From contig NC_086109.1 of assembly GCF_963921235.1 (NCBI RefSeq), forward strand, positions 36,272,001 to 36,336,000: a stretch of 64,000 nt of DNA. Reading direction: 5' to 3'. The notes under the pieces are model-generated. The model worked only from the letters and a program-made list of their open reading frames with translations, did not search any database and was not told the origin of the DNA. Positions 28,995 through 40,419 of the stretch are shown here, piece after piece. The translations under genes and the position numbers were made by a program. The number at the start of each line of letters is the position of its first letter. Position 1 is the first letter of the stretch. The stretch is from Mobula hypostoma (lineage: Eukaryota).

Positions 28995-29474
28995 CAACAC
29001 ACATCAAAGTTGCTGGTGAATGCAGCAGGTCAGGCAGCATCTCTAGGATGAGGTACAGTTGACGTTTTGGGCCGAGACCCTTCGTCCGGACTAACTGAAG
29101 GAAGAGTTAGTAAGCGATTTGAAAGTGGGAGGGGGAGGGGCAGATCCAAAATGATAGGAGAAGACAGGAGGGGGAGGGATGGAGCCAAGAGCTGGACAGG
29201 TGATAGGCAAAGGGGATATGAGAGAATCATGGGACAGGAGGCCCAGGGAGAAAGACAAGCGGGGGGGGGACCCAGAGGATGGGCAAGGGGTATAGTCAGA
29301 GGGACAGAGGGAGAAAAAGGAGAGTGAGAGAAAGAATGTGTGTATAAAGATAAATAATGGATGGGGTACGAGGGGGAGGTGGGGCATTAGTGGAAGTTAG
29401 AGAAGTCAATGTTCATGCCATCAGGTTGGAGGCTACTCAGACGGAATATAAGGTGTTGTTCCTCCAACCGCAAC
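28995..29474 (-). mobile_element. Penelope-like 3' fragment with a mutated hammerhead
   Basis: Near-identical reverse complement of ~57385-57862; flanked by AATCATTG (28987-28994 and 29475-29482). Confidence 0.85.
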
Positions 29475-29714
29475 AATCATTGTTCACAACCAATATGAAA
29501 TACATTACAGCGGTTGACTAGATATCCTCCAGTGTTATCTTGTAGCCTGCTAATTGTGAACTTAAGAGAAGAATCTGAATCAGGAATTAGGTTTAATATT
29601 ATCACTCATATTTGTCATGAAATTTGTTGTTTTGTGGTAGCAGTACAGTACAAGTTATAAAAATTATTTTTAAAAAAACCAAGCAAAACAGTGGTACAAA
29701 AGAGGAATAATGTG

Positions 29715-29855
29715 ACAAACAAGAGAAAATCTGCAGATGCTGGCACTCTGAGCAAAACACACAAAATGCTGGAGGAACTCGGTAGGCCAGGCAGCATCTG
29801 TGGAAAAAAGTAGAGTTGACATTTCAGGCCAAAACCCTTCGGCAGGACTAATGTG
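29715..29855 (-). mobile_element. Short Penelope-derived insertion with a 13-bp TSD, inside a Rex 3' end
   Basis: GAGGAATAATGTG at 29702-29714 and 29856-29868; degenerate hammerhead agtc-ctgccga-agg..cct-gaaa-tg-tc-aact on the minus strand. Confidence 0.75.
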
Positions 29856-29979
29856 GAGGAATAATGTGGTAGTGTTCATAGGTTGTACGTAAATCTGGTA
29901 ACAGATGGATGGGAAAAAAAAATTTCCTAAGGTGTTGAGTATCGGTCATCGGGCTCCTGTAACTCCTCCCTAATGAGAG

Positions 29980-32900
29980 TGCAGGGTAATGTGATTGGGA
30001 GAAATTTACATTATTCACAACCACCACCATTGAGTTGAGGTTTCACTTTAAGAAGCTGGTCTGACGTGATGACGTTGTTACTTCAAGATTTTTAGTATGC
30101 TTTTGGGTTTACATTTTGAAGTTCAATAAAATGTGTTATGGGTTTCATAATCATAATCTAATCTAATGTAATCTAATATAAAATGGATCACTTGGTTATA
30201 TCTGTGAAAAACTACATTGGACGATGCTCCTGGACGATTCCAGAATTATTGAATGTGTCGACCAATTCAGTCGCTTTGAAACTGCAGGAGTTTTACAAGC
30301 AAAATGCTCTTTAAGAACTACTGGTTTGTGAATGTCAAGGACGTTGGTTCGTTACCCTGCTCCCCCAGTAAGTTCCCCACAATGATTCTGTCAAGTGCAT
30401 GAACCACAGCATGTGAGTTTATTCCCAAACTTCACCGAGCCCACATTCTCCACTACGGTCGCAAAACATGGGGTTGAGCACCACGTTCCCACAACTGGCC
30501 CACCAATCGATGCCCACTCATGCAGACTGGGCCCTGAAAAGCTGGCAACAGTGAATGCTGAGTTAGCCAACATGGAAAGATTTGGCATTGTACCCCCCAG
30601 TTGAGTAACCAGCAGGCTTCACCCCTCCATATGGTCCCCAATTCCGAAGGTGATTGCTGCCCATGTGGTGATAACTGATGCCTTAACGAGGCCACCACCA
30701 CTGATTGTTACCCGGTCCCACGCATTCGAGGCTTTTCATCATGTTTATCTGGAAAGTTAATTTTTCCCAAATTCAGTCTGGTTAAGGGCTACCATCAGTT
30801 GCCTGTGTATGCTCAAAGGACATTCCCAAAAGAGCTGTGATAACCCCATTTGGCCTTTTTGAGTTTCTGTCCATGTCATTTGGACTGAAAAATACAGCAC
30901 AGACTTCCCAACGGCTGATGACTTTGTATTAAAAGACTTAGATTTTCTCTTTTTTTACCTGGATGACATACTTGTTGCCAGTGCATCCAAATCTGAACAC
31001 ACATCTCATTCCCGCACACATTTCAAGTGCTTAAGCCAATACAGGTGTATTATTAACCCCGCTAAATACCAGTTTGGGTTGTCAGTCATTGACTTTCTCA
31101 GCATTGCATCTCCACAGAATGTGCGAAAGCCCTCCCATCAATAGTAGCTGCTATTATAGATTTCCAGCTGCCCTGCACTACTGAAAAAACTAGAGGAATT
31201 TTAATAATGGTGAATTTCTGTCACCGCTTCATTTCGTGTGCTGCTGACCTGATTCTCCCCTTAAAGTCAATACATCTAATCAAGTGCTTGACTGATCAGT
31301 GGACATGACCAGAGCATTTGATGATACCAAATGAGCTCTTTCTAATAGGACCCTGCTGCTGCACTCATTCCCCAGTGCATCCATAGCCATTACTACTGAT
31401 GCCCCAGACTATGCTGTGGGTGCTGTGCACAAACAGCTGGTCGGAGGTGGTGTGTGGCAGCCGTTTGCCTTCTTCAGCCAGCAACTCCAACCCCCAAAAG
31501 GAAGTACAGCACATTTGACCTTGAGCTTCTCGGTCTCTATCTGGCTGTCCACCATTTTTGTTTTCTTCAAGAGAGTCATCACTTCACAACATTCATTGAC
31601 CACAATCTCCTCATGTACACAATGGCCAAAGTATCAGACCCTTGGTTGACACGACAACAACGCCAGCTGGCTTACATATCTGAGTTCACAACTGATACAC
31701 GACATATCCAGGGGAAAAATAATGCTGTGGCTGATTGCCTCTCACGGCCGGCAGTTGAGACCATACACATAGGGGTTGACTATGTCAGAATGGCAGCCAC
31801 GTTACTGACCCAGAGGTCCAGGCTTACTGAACAGCAGTCATGGGCCTGCAGATGGCTGACATTAAGTTTGGGGAAGCTGGATTTTCTCTCCTATGTGATG
31901 TCTCAACCAGTCTCCTGCGTCCCATTGTGCCCACAAACTGGAGATGGAATGTTTTTGACTCCATATCCTCACATCCGGGCTGGAAAGCCTCACAGAAACT
32001 GATTGTTTGCAGTAAAGTTTATCTGGCACATCCTCAGAAAGACATGCATGATTAGTCTGCAGCCTGTGTGGAGTGCCAGCGGGAAAAAATTAACCATCAT
32101 GATCAGGCATCGTTGGCACCTTTTGAGGTCCTTGAGCAATGATTTGACCATGTTAATGTGGACCTTGTTAGTCCTCTTCCCCCTGCCACAGTTTCACGCA
32201 CCTTCTTACCATGGTGGACTGTACTACCTGATGGCCAGAAGTCAACCCTCTTGCATCAACAATGTTCACAGGCATGGCTCGGGTGTTCATAAGCACCTGG
32301 GTTGCTCAGTTTGGCACCCATCTGATATTTCCTCTGACCACAGTCTCCAACTCATTTCAGACCGCTGGGCTGCGATGACCCAGAACCTCGACGTTAGGCT
32401 ACATCATGTCACAGTGTATCACCCACAATCCAATGGCCTGCGCAAGTGGTTTCACCACTCTTTAAAGGCTGCTCTGAGAGCTTGCTGACCAATGAGTGTT
32501 GGCATGATTGTCTCCCATGGATCCTGGTGGGGCTCAGAACTGTTCCCAAAGAAGACCTGCAGTCGTCCACAACTGACTTGATGTACAGACAGCTATTACA
32601 ACCGTCGGGTGATTTCATTCCTGACGCTACGACAGTTTAGTCGGTCTCTCAGCAGCATTCCATCCTCCTCAGTATATTAAATTCCTTTTCACTTATTTCT
32701 ACCTCCCATCATGGCATACAACACTCTTGGGTTCCTGTTGCCGCACATCCACCTCGTTTGTTTTTGTTCCCTGTGATGTACACCAGCATCTCCTTAGTCC
32801 CCCTTACGAAGGGTAACGTACTGGAGAGATATATATACATAAAAATTCGCAACCACTAACGTTTTGTTGAGGTTTTGCTTTAAGAGGCTGATCTGATCTG

Positions 32901-33024
32901 ATAACGTTGTTACATAAGGGTTTTTAGCGTGTTTTTGTGTTTAGGTTTTGGAGTTCAATAAAATGTGTTATGGGTTTTATTAAACATAAAATGGCTCACT
33001 TTGTTTTATTTGCGAAAGCCTACA
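29980..33024 (+). mobile_element. Degenerate Gypsy LTR retrotransposon (CsRn1-like) with both LTRs
   Basis: LTRs at ~29980-30216 and ~32808-33024, both ending ctaca. RT YLDDILVAS, RNase H TDA..AVGAV...KYSTFDLELL, integrase HPG...HPQSNG. The flanking Rex sequence is contiguous across the insertion. Confidence 0.85.
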
Positions 33025-33075
33025 GTAGCAATGAGGAGAGGGCATTTTCCAGATGGTGAGGGCTCTTAAAGATGG

Positions 33076-33612
33076 TGTTATGGGAAGCCAGATTTGTTAA
33101 GTGGGACAGATTGCAAGTAAGCATGTTAATTATTTATTTACAAGACAAACAGTGAAACACTCAACCAAGCATCTAAGTCAAGCAAGTACTTAACTAAGTC
33201 TCCTAGGTTACAAAACTGCCAACACTGAACATTCAACAACCCTTCAAATAAACTCGGTTACAGATACGTGTCTAAATTGAGCACCCGAAGGGGCAGGACA
33301 ATGCGGACACTAAACATACACACAATGGCAAATACTCATCTAAAGTGTATGCCCGGGCTTTCACTACAGCATGCTCCACACTGCCTACTTCTTGCAGCAC
33401 TTATCATCTACCTGGTCTGGACCTGAGAGGAAAAAGAAACTGCATGGTCACGGTGCGCTAGCGTTAAAAGCTACCAGCGCCATGGGGTCATCAGCTAAAC
33501 TGAAGCTAGTGGGGATTGGCTGCAATGCTCCTTACACGAGCCAGTCCCCACCTCCCACAGTGGAGTGGCTTTCGATGAGCAGTTATGTCAAGATGAGCAC
33601 TTAACTGCAGCA
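33076..33612 (-). mobile_element. Solo LTR with a 5-bp TSD
   Basis: TG...CA termini; GATGG at 33071-33075 and 33613-33617; splits a Rex fragment. Orientation inferred from the minus-strand AATAAA. Confidence 0.75.
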
Positions 33613-34741
33613 GATGGATGCTGCCTTCTTGAAATCTTTTGAAGATGTCCTCAATGGTGGGGAAGCTTGTGCCCGTGATAGAGCTAGCTGAATCTAACAC
33701 CCTCCAGCAGTCTCTTTTAATCCTCTGCATTAGAGCTTCCATGCCAGGCACTAATGCAACCAGTAAGAATAGTCTCCACCATGCATCTTTAGTGACATTG
33801 TCTATCATTTTTATACCGTATCATGTTTTAAAATTTGCTGCAGTAGTGTATGAATTTTGTACAGGTCTCTTTAAAGGAGCAATGAAACTGCAGCCACAAT
33901 TTTGCAGTTTAGGGCTACAGCTGCACAAAATTGTTGCAGATATATTTAATGGGACGTGGCAGAAGCAACATAAAACGGTGCTTCAACAAAAATCCATGCA
34001 CCTCGTGTTGAAAAGAGTGATCATTAGAACTTCTGTTAGGAATAAAACAAGTAATCCAATCTTGAGGAAAATTACACCAAACTCACTGAAGCTCATAAAA
34101 TCACAGGGTTTATCACAGGACATCATATGTGATAAATGTTAATGCCCAAGTCAAAGAACCTGTGTCAAAGCAGAATAATGAAAGCATTTTAATGCATACT
34201 GATGCTAATTTATATGCACTATATGCTATTTAATATGGAAGTCAAATTCTGAAAATGAATTTCTATTTTAAGAGCTTTTGTATAAGCTTGGTTATATATC
34301 TGTAAGGAACAAATGAACTCAAAGACAAATGTATTAAAAAAGGCAATGAGCTTCGCACATGATGGTATCACTCTTTTTAAATTGAAAGACAAAATAACCT
34401 CTCATGGCAATTTGTCTGGAATATACTAACATAGCAGAAATAGGTCACTGGAATTTATACCAAGGAGGGGTTAAGGCAGTGAGACCGACAGGAAATATGA
34501 CTAGAAATTCTTACTGTTGATAAAAATACTCCAATTGCATAAGTTTGCAATATGTTCACATACTCAACTCTTTCCACTTTCTGAATGAGCTTCCCTGGGG
34601 GAAGTGTGGAAAGGATTTTGAAACACACTAAACTGGCAAGAAGGTGATTGGATCACAGGAGGAAGTTATTTTACACCCCACACAAGTTAATCTCACAGGA
34701 AGCATAAAATTGTGTAAACTCAACATTCAGCTTCTGCTTAC

Positions 34742-34766
34742 CTGGCATAAAAGTCTAGTCTAAATT
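34742..34766 (-). CDS. Candidate micro-exon (25 nt)
   Basis: cctattttctag|AATTTAGACTAGACTTTTATGCCAG|gtaagc; the only open frame is xFRLDFYA(R), phase 1 -> 2. Confidence 0.4.
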
Positions 34767-35599
34767 CTAGAAAATAGGATTAACCTAGAAAGGGCATTGA
34801 TAACTGTCATTGTGGGCAAAAGGCTGGTTTTATAGCTCCCACTAAAAGCCTTGAGTGAAAATTAGTTTCATTTTCTGTGTAGTTTTCCTGTACTAAAATA
34901 AAACTTTAAAATAGTGATGTTAAATGTAAAGAATGTAGATACATTTTAGTCAGTAGTTGTTGTTATTAAACTTTTAGATTAATTAACCTGCCTTGCAGAA
35001 TGCACTTAGTCTGTCTATAAGGTTCATTTTATTTTTAAGAAACTACAAATGGGTTTGCAAAGATTTAATGCTGTAAAATTGTAACCCACCTAAAAAGCAA
35101 AGTATCGGGAGTATAATATTAAAATCCACCCCAATTTGAACCAAAGTGTTAGCAGACTGAAACTAATCCAATCCCAAGAAGACAGGTACTTTTTTTCCCA
35201 TTTCTGATCTGACCAACCATCGTCATAATTAAAACTACTCAGACTTTTTCTGATCTTGATGTAACACTGACCTGGGATAGAATGGTACACCCAACTCAGC
35301 CTGATGTAAACATAGTTATTTTTTTGCAGGCCATTTTACTTGAAAACAAATATTCATGTTTGGACACCACCCTGAATATGGTAGTACTCATTGGGTCCTT
35401 TTAGATCTAGGTCCTTCAGTATGCTGAAAGTGCACTGAGTGCTACTGTAGGGGAGGAAGCTCTCTCCAAAATGGAATGATGGCCTACCTCCCACCATGCT
35501 AATGCTAAGATTTTTTAAAAATCCTGAACGAAGCAGAAAGGAACTTAACAAATGTGAGGTAGAACAAAAAAGTTTTCATTTTATTGCACTCAAAAATGT

Positions 35600-36412
35600 T
35601 TACACTGGATTTTGGTTAATTGGAACACATGAGACTGGTGCAATATGGCTTAATTAGCTGAAGTTTGGTAGCAAAAGTTAAAAGGATATAAAAGAGACAA
35701 ACTACCATTTAACTGAGTAACAAATTATTCATTTAAATGAAGTACAGTACAAATTAGAACACTGCCAATACTGCAGTGCTATAAAACTAAGTATTAGTTC
35801 CTAATAGTTATCAAGGGAGGAATTAATCCAGTGTGTGCTGCCATGTTCTTTTGATTGACTACATGAACCAAATCAGCCCCAACACCTTGTTTAGATAACA
35901 ACCTGCCTTCATGAAATGTTTTTGATGACTATATCCTCCAAACCTTCATTTTGATTGTAGCATTCAAGATGATTGTCGATACCTTCAAAGTCTTCATAGT
36001 TCCTAACTTGCTGAGGTAGTAAGATCATTTCATCCCCAGCTGTTTTTGGCATCTCCAAACTTGAATGTTTGCACCCACACTGAGCAAAACAGTTCTGAAT
36101 TGTCTTCCTGCTTATTTCTCGCTAGTTCTCAGTGACAAAAATTAGTTTTTTGAATATAAATACCACAACTGACACTACTTAAAAACTATTCACTCTAAGC
36201 ACTGTGTAGTGTCAAATGGCCACAGCAAACACGCAACTGACGCTAGTTTGAAACTCTTCAGCAGCAGTCTCCTGCTCCAATTAACTGGCAGAGTGTTCCA
36301 AATAAGTGAAGCAAATCCTGGCTATTTTCTAGATTAGATTTTGTTCTTTAAGAATTATCCCGGCAAAGCAGCTACTTGATTAACCAATGGCCCAATTAAC
36401 TGGAACCTATGG
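35600..36412. mobile_element. Non-autonomous Tc1/mariner-pogo (Tigger-like) DNA transposon, copy 1
   Basis: Imperfect TIRs (tacactggattttggttaattgg ... cccaattaactggaa); internal sequence shared with 37306-38325. Confidence 0.6.
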
Positions 36413-36559
36413 TAGTTGTCTTCAGCTTTAAGCAATGAAGGTCAATTTTCCAGGCATTGCAGTTTATAGAGAATTGCCTCAGGAAATTGTACAGGCAGAA
36501 ACTGGGGTGGAAGATTCTCATGTACTTTAAAGGAAAAACGAACCTAAGAAAATCATCTG

Positions 36560-36985
36560 GATAGCCTCCAACCTGATGGCATGTATACCGATTCTTATTC
36601 CGGTAAACATCCCCACCCCCACCTCCTCTATTCTGCACTCTGACTTTTTACCTCTCCTCACTTCCCTATTACTTCCCCTTGGGTCCCCTCCTCTTTCCCT
36701 TTCTCCTTTGGTCTACTCTCCTCTCCTAACAGATTCCTTCTTCTCCAGCCCTTGACCTTTCCCACCCACCTGGCTTCTCCCATCACCTTCCAGCTCGCCT
36801 AATTCTCCTCGCCCTTTTTATTCTGGCATCATCCCCCTTCCTTCTCAGTTCTGAAGAAGGATTTCAGCCCAAAAAGTTAACTATCTCTTTAATTCCATAG
36901 ATGCTTGCTGACCTGCTGAGTTCCTCCAGCATTTTGTGTGTGTTACTTTGGATTTCCAGCATCTGCAGATTTTCTTGCGTCTAAG
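36560..36985 (+). mobile_element. Penelope-like 3' end, older subfamily, degenerate hammerhead
   Basis: tagcctccaacctgatggcatg... ctgaagaagg...; ends ...ccagcatctgcagattttcttg. Confidence 0.7.
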
Positions 36986-37305
36986 AGAATGATGCAATGT
37001 TCCTGGCCCCAGATGATGCTGATTACCTGTCTTGGCCCTGTTGCAGCAACATATTTGCAGCTACGTGGCTCTAAAATGTTGTTGATATTACTTTAGTGAC
37101 CCTTCCTCAGAGCATGGGAAACTATGAGTGACAGCTAAGTGACAAACTGGGAGAACTATGTTCTCTCCCCTGAAGTTGGCCTGATTGACTCCTGACAGCC
37201 AACAGCAGGTCTTTCCACTCTTTACAAATTTCTCAAGTAAGCAGAAATATTCGGGGCAAGTTGAGAAAAACTCAAAAATATAGTTTTAAAAATAATAAAT
37301 GTAGC

Positions 37306-38325
37306 TACAGTGGACAGGGAGTTCTGGCTAATTGTGACACATTAGGATCAGTATATATTGACCCAATTGTGGTTGCCCCAATTAACTGAAGCTTCATGGC
37401 AATGGATAAAAAGTTATAAAAAAGACAAACTAGTATTTAACTGAGTAACAAATTATGTATTTAAATGAAATACAGAACGATACTGCAGGTGGATATCCAT
37501 TTTGACAAGAAACCTGTGCGGGAGAGTTTTTAAAGTGGAAAAGCCATTGCATTAGGGCAATTCCACTCTCTCAACCTTGGAAGTCTGGGTCCAGGGGTAC
37601 GAGTAGACGTCACAACTGGGGTTTTTCCCGGGTGCAGTGGATGGCCATGATTTCTTCTGTGCCTTCCTGGTCGTTGGATCTCACTATAACTATAATCTGC
37701 CCAGACTGCTGAACCTGACTTTGCATGTTAGGACAAGCAATTCCCTATCCCTCTGGGTATGAGACCCACCAGCTTCTCTCACCTGGTTTAGCCCGCTTGT
37801 TGAAGTGGTGTACCGGGCGATGACTACTCGTGCAAAAAAAAACAGCTACTTGGAGCCACAGGTGAGAGATGAGTATCTGGTGGACACCAAAGGTACATTC
37901 AAGATGATTGTTGATACCTTCAAATTCCTCATAGTACCTAACTTTTTGAAGTAGTAAAATCATTTCATTTTCACTCCTGGTTGTTTCTGTCTGAATGTTT
38001 GGAACTACAGTGAGCAAAAAAGTTTTGAATTGTCTGACTGCTTATTTATCACCTATGATCAGTGACAAAAATCACTGCTTTTTGAACACAAACACATGCA
38101 ACTGATGATATTTAAAAACTGTTTGCTCTAAGCAAGGTGTCGTGTCTAAGGGAGCATGATGTGCACGCGACTAACATTAGCTAGAAACTGTTTGGTAACA
38201 GTATCCTGTCCCAATTAAGTGGCATAGTGTCGCAAACAAACAAAGTGAATCCAAGCTATTTTCCTGATTAGCTTTTGTTCTTTAAAAGTTGTCTCAAATA
38301 AATTGCTGCCCCGGTGGCCCACTAT
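37306..38325. mobile_element. Tigger-like non-autonomous element, copy 2, with a ~400-bp nested insertion (~37490-37890)
   Basis: Aligns by eye to 35600-36412 on both sides of the insert (e.g. atttaactgagtaacaaatt; cattcaagatgattgt.gataccttcaaa). Confidence 0.6.
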
Positions 38326-38534
38326 ATATTCAAATATTTATTTAAAATTTGTTAATTAATCATACATGTGGATCTGACAGTACACCCATCAATTCAAGCA
38401 CTAAATTTTTAACAAGCACTTAGAAGCAGAATAACAATATAGTTAAATATATACAGTAAATTATTAATTTAATGTTAGTTACATAAAGTATCCCTATTTA
38501 GGATTTTCTCAACTGCTGCTGAGACAATAAAATT

Positions 38535-39798
38535 GATCCACATCCCTTCAGCCACTCTCCGCTGTTCTGGGATCTTCCCCCTTCTCCAGAAGATTCTCAG
38601 GATCTTCCACAGATGCAGCAGGAGTTTGGGGCAGTTCTTGTACACTTTGTACGAGGTGTGGCTTGGTCCTGGAGCCGAGCTTGCCCTTGCTTTGCGGACG
38701 ACCTCACTGACTTCCTTTAGTTGCAGCTCTGACATGTCGAACTGCACATCCGGTTCAGGTGGGTCTATTAGGATGTCACACTCTCCCAACTCCTGCTCTC
38801 TTTCAGGATTATTATATATCTTCTTCAGATGTTGGTCTATGTCTTCCTGCGAACAGGCCAGTTTCCCACTGCGCTTCTCCCCTGGCAACTCCTTGGTGAA
38901 CTTGAAGGGGTTGGTGATAAAGGCAGCACGTTTTCGAGCCCTTTAACGACGCCGCCTCCGATGCCACTCTGCCCGGTGGAGGACCCTGATCTTCTTTCGT
39001 AGTATGCACATCAGCAGGGCCAAGCCAATGCGCTCCTCTTCTCCTGCCTCCTTGTATTGGGACTTCAGCGCTTTCATCTCCTGCCTGATGTTGTGGATCC
39101 TCAATGCTCTTTGGTTCTTCGAGTAAGATGTTTTGGAGCCTTCCTTCCTCCTCTTCTCCGAGCCGTTCAGCTGCGATACTATCGATAATCGTTGTCATGG
39201 CTTGCAGCTTCCTATCAACCCCTCCCTTCGCCGTTGCCTCCAGAATTTGGTTAACATCGTCATCAAACTGCTTCCACAGTGAAGTCATGTTAGCTGCAGG
39301 CCCTTTGATCCACCTCCTGTTAGACTTCATGTTCAAGGGATTAGTTTGCAACACTTGGAGGTTCTGGGCACTATGGGGTGACTCCGGGCCTGGCCCCTCC
39401 TTCGTCTCACCAGGTTGGACACCTGCTGCTCCTGCTCCCGCCAAACACTTCATGCTCCCTTGGTGGATCTTCAAGCTGCGATCGTTCTTGCAGATTTTGC
39501 CACATGCACACTGCTTCCTCATCGTCGTTTGTTCATTGCCTGGATCTGATGTCGTTGTGTCCATCCGACTGGGGTGCTCATCCTCCCCATCTCTCGGGCA
39601 CCCCTGGGGGTATCTTTTCCTTAGATTCTTTGTGGCTTTTGTGGGGTCCTCCTCTCAGAGGATGCAGATTGGGTTGCCAGCCCGTTCTGCCCTGGTTGCC
39701 GCCTCTCCGGGCTGTCACTGTCTCTCCAGTCGTCACCACTCTTTTCGTGGTTGTCACCCAGTCTTTCCTGGTTGTCACTGATTAACTCAGGGTGTAAG
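38535..39798 (-). mobile_element. HERO-like (R2 superclade, RLE) non-LTR retrotransposon, 5' portion
   Basis: N-terminal Zn finger CACGKICKNDRSLKIHQGSMKC, PESPHSAQNL, WKQFDDDVNQIL, then the start of RT: KARASSAPGPS..YKVYKNCPKL...VAEGMWI. Contains a frameshift and a stop. Confidence 0.8.
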
Positions 39799-40419
39799 CT
39801 GTGTACATACATCTATTGATGCTTCTGGACACATCTTCAGTGATGTTCCTGGAATCATCGGGTGTTTCGGGTCTTTCAACATCATACAACCTCCTCCAGG
39901 TGACCCAGCCGGGGCTGATCAGACCCCAGCTTGTGTCCAGATGACTAGCTACTTATGACTCCATGGCTCCCCTCTTTTGAGCCACAGCCATCTTGAGGCC
40001 CTCTCTGCCACATCGGTGGTACTGCGGATGGCTCTCCTCTTCCTCTCTCCCTCGATGCCCAAAATGCTGAAGGCTCTAACTAAAGAACGGGCTATGAATC
40101 CCCGACAACCAACCTCCTCTGGGAGACACCTCACTCTCCATCCAGCCTGCTGACAGTTGCTGACCAGTCCTGCGTACTTGGAGAGCTTCCTTTCAAAGGC
40201 CTCCTCCAAGCTATCTTCCCATGGGACTGTCAGCTCCAACAGCTCCACTTGCTTAGTAGACTCAGACACTAGGACAATGTCTGGTCGCAGGGTGGTGGCT
40301 GCGATACGGTTGGGAAACTTCAGCTGCCCTTCAAGGTCCACCAACAGCTGCCAGTCCCTTGCAGAGGTCAGAATGCCTGCAGATGTTCTTTTGGCAGGTA
40401 TTGGCTGCTCCCCAGCTCT
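39799..40419 (-). mobile_element. HERO-like element 3' end (RLE domain + 3' UTR), inverted copy
   Basis: ORF 39949..40344: LRPDIVL...ELTVPWE...RKLSKY; reverse complement of 40894-41514. Confidence 0.9.
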
